Source: Prorocentrum cordatum
Lineage: Eukaryota
Assembly (NCBI GenBank): GCA_963575745.1
Contig: CAUYUJ010000020.1
Coordinates: forward strand, 1 to 64,000
DNA: 64,000 bases
Direction: 5' to 3'
A program made the position numbers and the translations under genes. The notes under the pieces are model-generated. The model saw nothing but the letters and a program-made list of their open reading frames with translations. It was not told where the DNA came from and made no database searches. This document shows positions 61,850 through 64,000 of this stretch, in pieces; position 1 is the stretch's first letter; the number at the start of each line of letters is the position of its first letter.

Positions 61850-62826
61850 TAGGATTTCGAATTGCGTCTCTCCCACTAGGACCATGCACTCTTCCGCAAA
61901 TGTCTGGGGATAATGAAACAGACGCGTGATGTATGGTGAGTGTGTTCTCCCACCACCGCCCCTGCGTGCAAATGCGAGAAGGGTGCCGATTCCGTCAGTG
62001 GTATGATTCCGAACTGCGTCTCTCCCACCATTACCATGCACTCTTTCGCAAATGTCTGGAAATAGTAAAACATACGCATGTTGTATTGTGAGGGTGTTAT
62101 GTCACCACCGCCCCTGCGTGCAATTGCGAGAAGAGTGCCGAATCCTGCAGTGGGAATTCGAACTGCGTCTGTCCCAGGAACACCATGCACTCTTTCGCAA
62201 ATGTCCGGGGATATTGAAACAGACGCATGATGTATGGTAAGTGTGTTTCGTCACCGCCGCCCCTGCGTGCAACTGCGACAAGGGTGCCGGATCCTCCAAA
62301 CGGATTCCGAACTGCGTTTCTCCCAATAACACCATGCATTCTTCCGCAAATGTATGGAGATTGTGAAACGGACGCGTGATGTGTGGTGACTGTGTTCTGC
62401 CACCGCCGCCCCTGCGTGCAAGTGCGAGAAGAGTGCCGAATCCTTCAGTGGGATGTCGAACTGCGTCGTTCCCACTAAGACCATGCACTTTTCTGCCAAT
62501 GTGTGCGAATAGTGAAACAGACGCATGATGTATGGCGACTGTGTTCTGTCACCGCCGCCCCTACGAGCAAGTGGGAGAGGGGTGCCAAATCCTCCAGTGG
62601 GATTTCGAACTGCGTCTCTCCCACTACCACCATGCACTCTTTCGCAAATGTATGGAGATTGTGAAACAGACGCGTGATGTATGGTGAGTGTGTTCTGCCA
62701 CCACCGCCCCTGCGCGAAGTGCGAGAAGGGTGCCGAATCCCTCAGTCGGACTTCGAACTGCGTCTCTCCCACTACCACCATGTACTCTTTCGCAAACGTC
62801 GGGGAAGAATGAAACAGACACATGAT
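61850..62826. repeat. ~149-bp tandem satellite, about 6.5 copies, resuming at 63640-63702 after an insertion
   Basis: CCATG(C/T)A starts at 61882, 62034, 62183, 62332, 62481, 62630, 62778. Confidence 0.92.
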
Positions 62827-63639
62827 AAATCCGCCGACCCCTTGGGGATCATCGGCGTGTGAGATGCTTCCCCCTCCCCAAACCCCTCCCCCGGGAGCCC
62901 GGTCCGGTCGATTTGGAGGGGGGGGGGGGTCCGGCGCGAGCGCAGCACGGCCGGGACGAGCGGTTCACGGGGCTTTTCCGGGCCCAAGAGGGCCTCAAGA
63001 CGGGCCAAGAAGCCCCCAAGAGGCCTCCAAGACGGCCCACGAAGGCCCCGAGACGCCAAACGACCGCTCCAAGACGCCCAAGATGGCCCCAAGACGGGCC
63101 AAGAGGTCTCCAAGACGGCCCCCGAGGTCCCAAACAAGCCTCCCAAGAGGACCCCAAGAGTCTAAAATTGTTGATTTTCCATAGTGTTTTTCTATTTTTT
63201 TTGCTTTTCCGCCTTTTCGGCGTCCCGACGCTCCAAGACGGCCAAAGAGGCCCCCAAGAAAGCCTCAAGATGGCCCAAGAGGCCCCCAAGACGGCCTCCA
63301 GACGGCCCAAGACGGCCCCAACACGGCCCAAGAGGTCCCCAAGACGGCCCAAGAGGGCTCCAAGACGGCACCAAGAGGGGCCCAAGAGGGCGACCAAACA
63401 TGTTGAAACTCTAGCTTTCTGCCCCCAGGAGCCCCAGGGGGCCCCAAGAGTGCCCCAAGAGGCCCCCAGAGGCCCTCACGAGGCCGCCCAGACGCCCCAA
63501 GGAACCCCCAAGAAGCACCCCAGAGGCTCCGAACCGGCCCCCAAGTGGCTCCAAAACTCGCTTTTCACCCCTTCGCAGCTTCTACTACCCCCAGATTGGC
63601 ATAAACAAGGGGTCGGCGGTGTGGCGTAAGCCTAAGAAT
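62826..63639 (+). mobile_element. Non-autonomous Helentron/HINE-like element with a CCAAGA-rich interior, inserted in the 149-bp satellite
   Basis: Inverted repeat CCGCCGACCCCTTG (62831-62844 / 63606-63619), then hairpin GGC-GTAA-GCC; the satellite unit continues on the other side. Confidence 0.6.
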
Positions 63640-63847
63640 CATGAGTGTGTTCTGTCACCGCCGCCCCTGCGTGCAAGTGCGAGAAGGGTGCCGAATCCTT
63701 CATCCCCAAGCCGATTAAACTAAAATGTGGGAACACCGATAGATCCAATTAGACCATTTGTTTTTCGGGTGTGCGGCAGTGTCGTGGAACCAATTTGTTT
63801 TGCGCGGATCCTATTTCCCGTGTTTGAAAACCAATAGAACCATTGAT

Positions 63848-64000
63848 TTTCCGGGAATACATACAAAATAATAATTAGCATCCCGGACCCAAAAGAAATG
63901 GCATACGCGGGGCACCGCACGTGAAGCATCATGCCATCCACAGTACTGTGGATCTGCTGACCAAAGCTATGATTATACGGGGGAGGGGGGGTCTTCCCTG
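63848..64000 (+). repeat. Direct repeat of 61578-61730
   Basis: Shared GCGGGGCACCGCACGTGAAGCATCATGC and AAAGCTATGATTATACGGGGGAGGGGGGGTCTTCCC. Confidence 0.85.

Overview
Repeat-dominated eukaryotic genomic DNA, almost certainly from a dinoflagellate: four near-perfect copies of the 22-nt dinoflagellate spliced leader (DinoSL, DCCGTAGCCATTTTGGCTCAAG) occur on the minus strand. No intact host gene is evident. The main feature is a decayed minus-strand coding run from ~53.2 kb to ~18.9 kb (about 24 kb once a nested Copia is removed). In order it encodes a RING-H2 finger, several unknown ORF1-like segments, a DNMT3-like C5 cytosine methyltransferase, APE endonuclease, reverse transcriptase, a zinc finger, RNase H, a Upf1-like SF1 helicase with a possible RNase III-like tail, and Cys-rich domains. 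This looks like a giant cargo-bearing LINE. It is split by a full-length 10.5-kb Ty1/Copia (41179-51681; 324-bp LTRs about 97% identical; PBS; 6-bp imperfect TSD) whose LTRs contain a DinoSL copy and whose polyprotein has a second, different methyltransferase-like domain. The window also holds the 3' part of another Copia (1-~3645), a decayed CRE-like non-LTR fragment, two SL-capped retrogenes, an inverted triplication between (TA)n tracts, Helentron-like non-autonomous elements, 73-bp and 149-bp satellites, many microsatellites and a 100-N gap. All domain calls come from motif recognition by eye; no searches were run.
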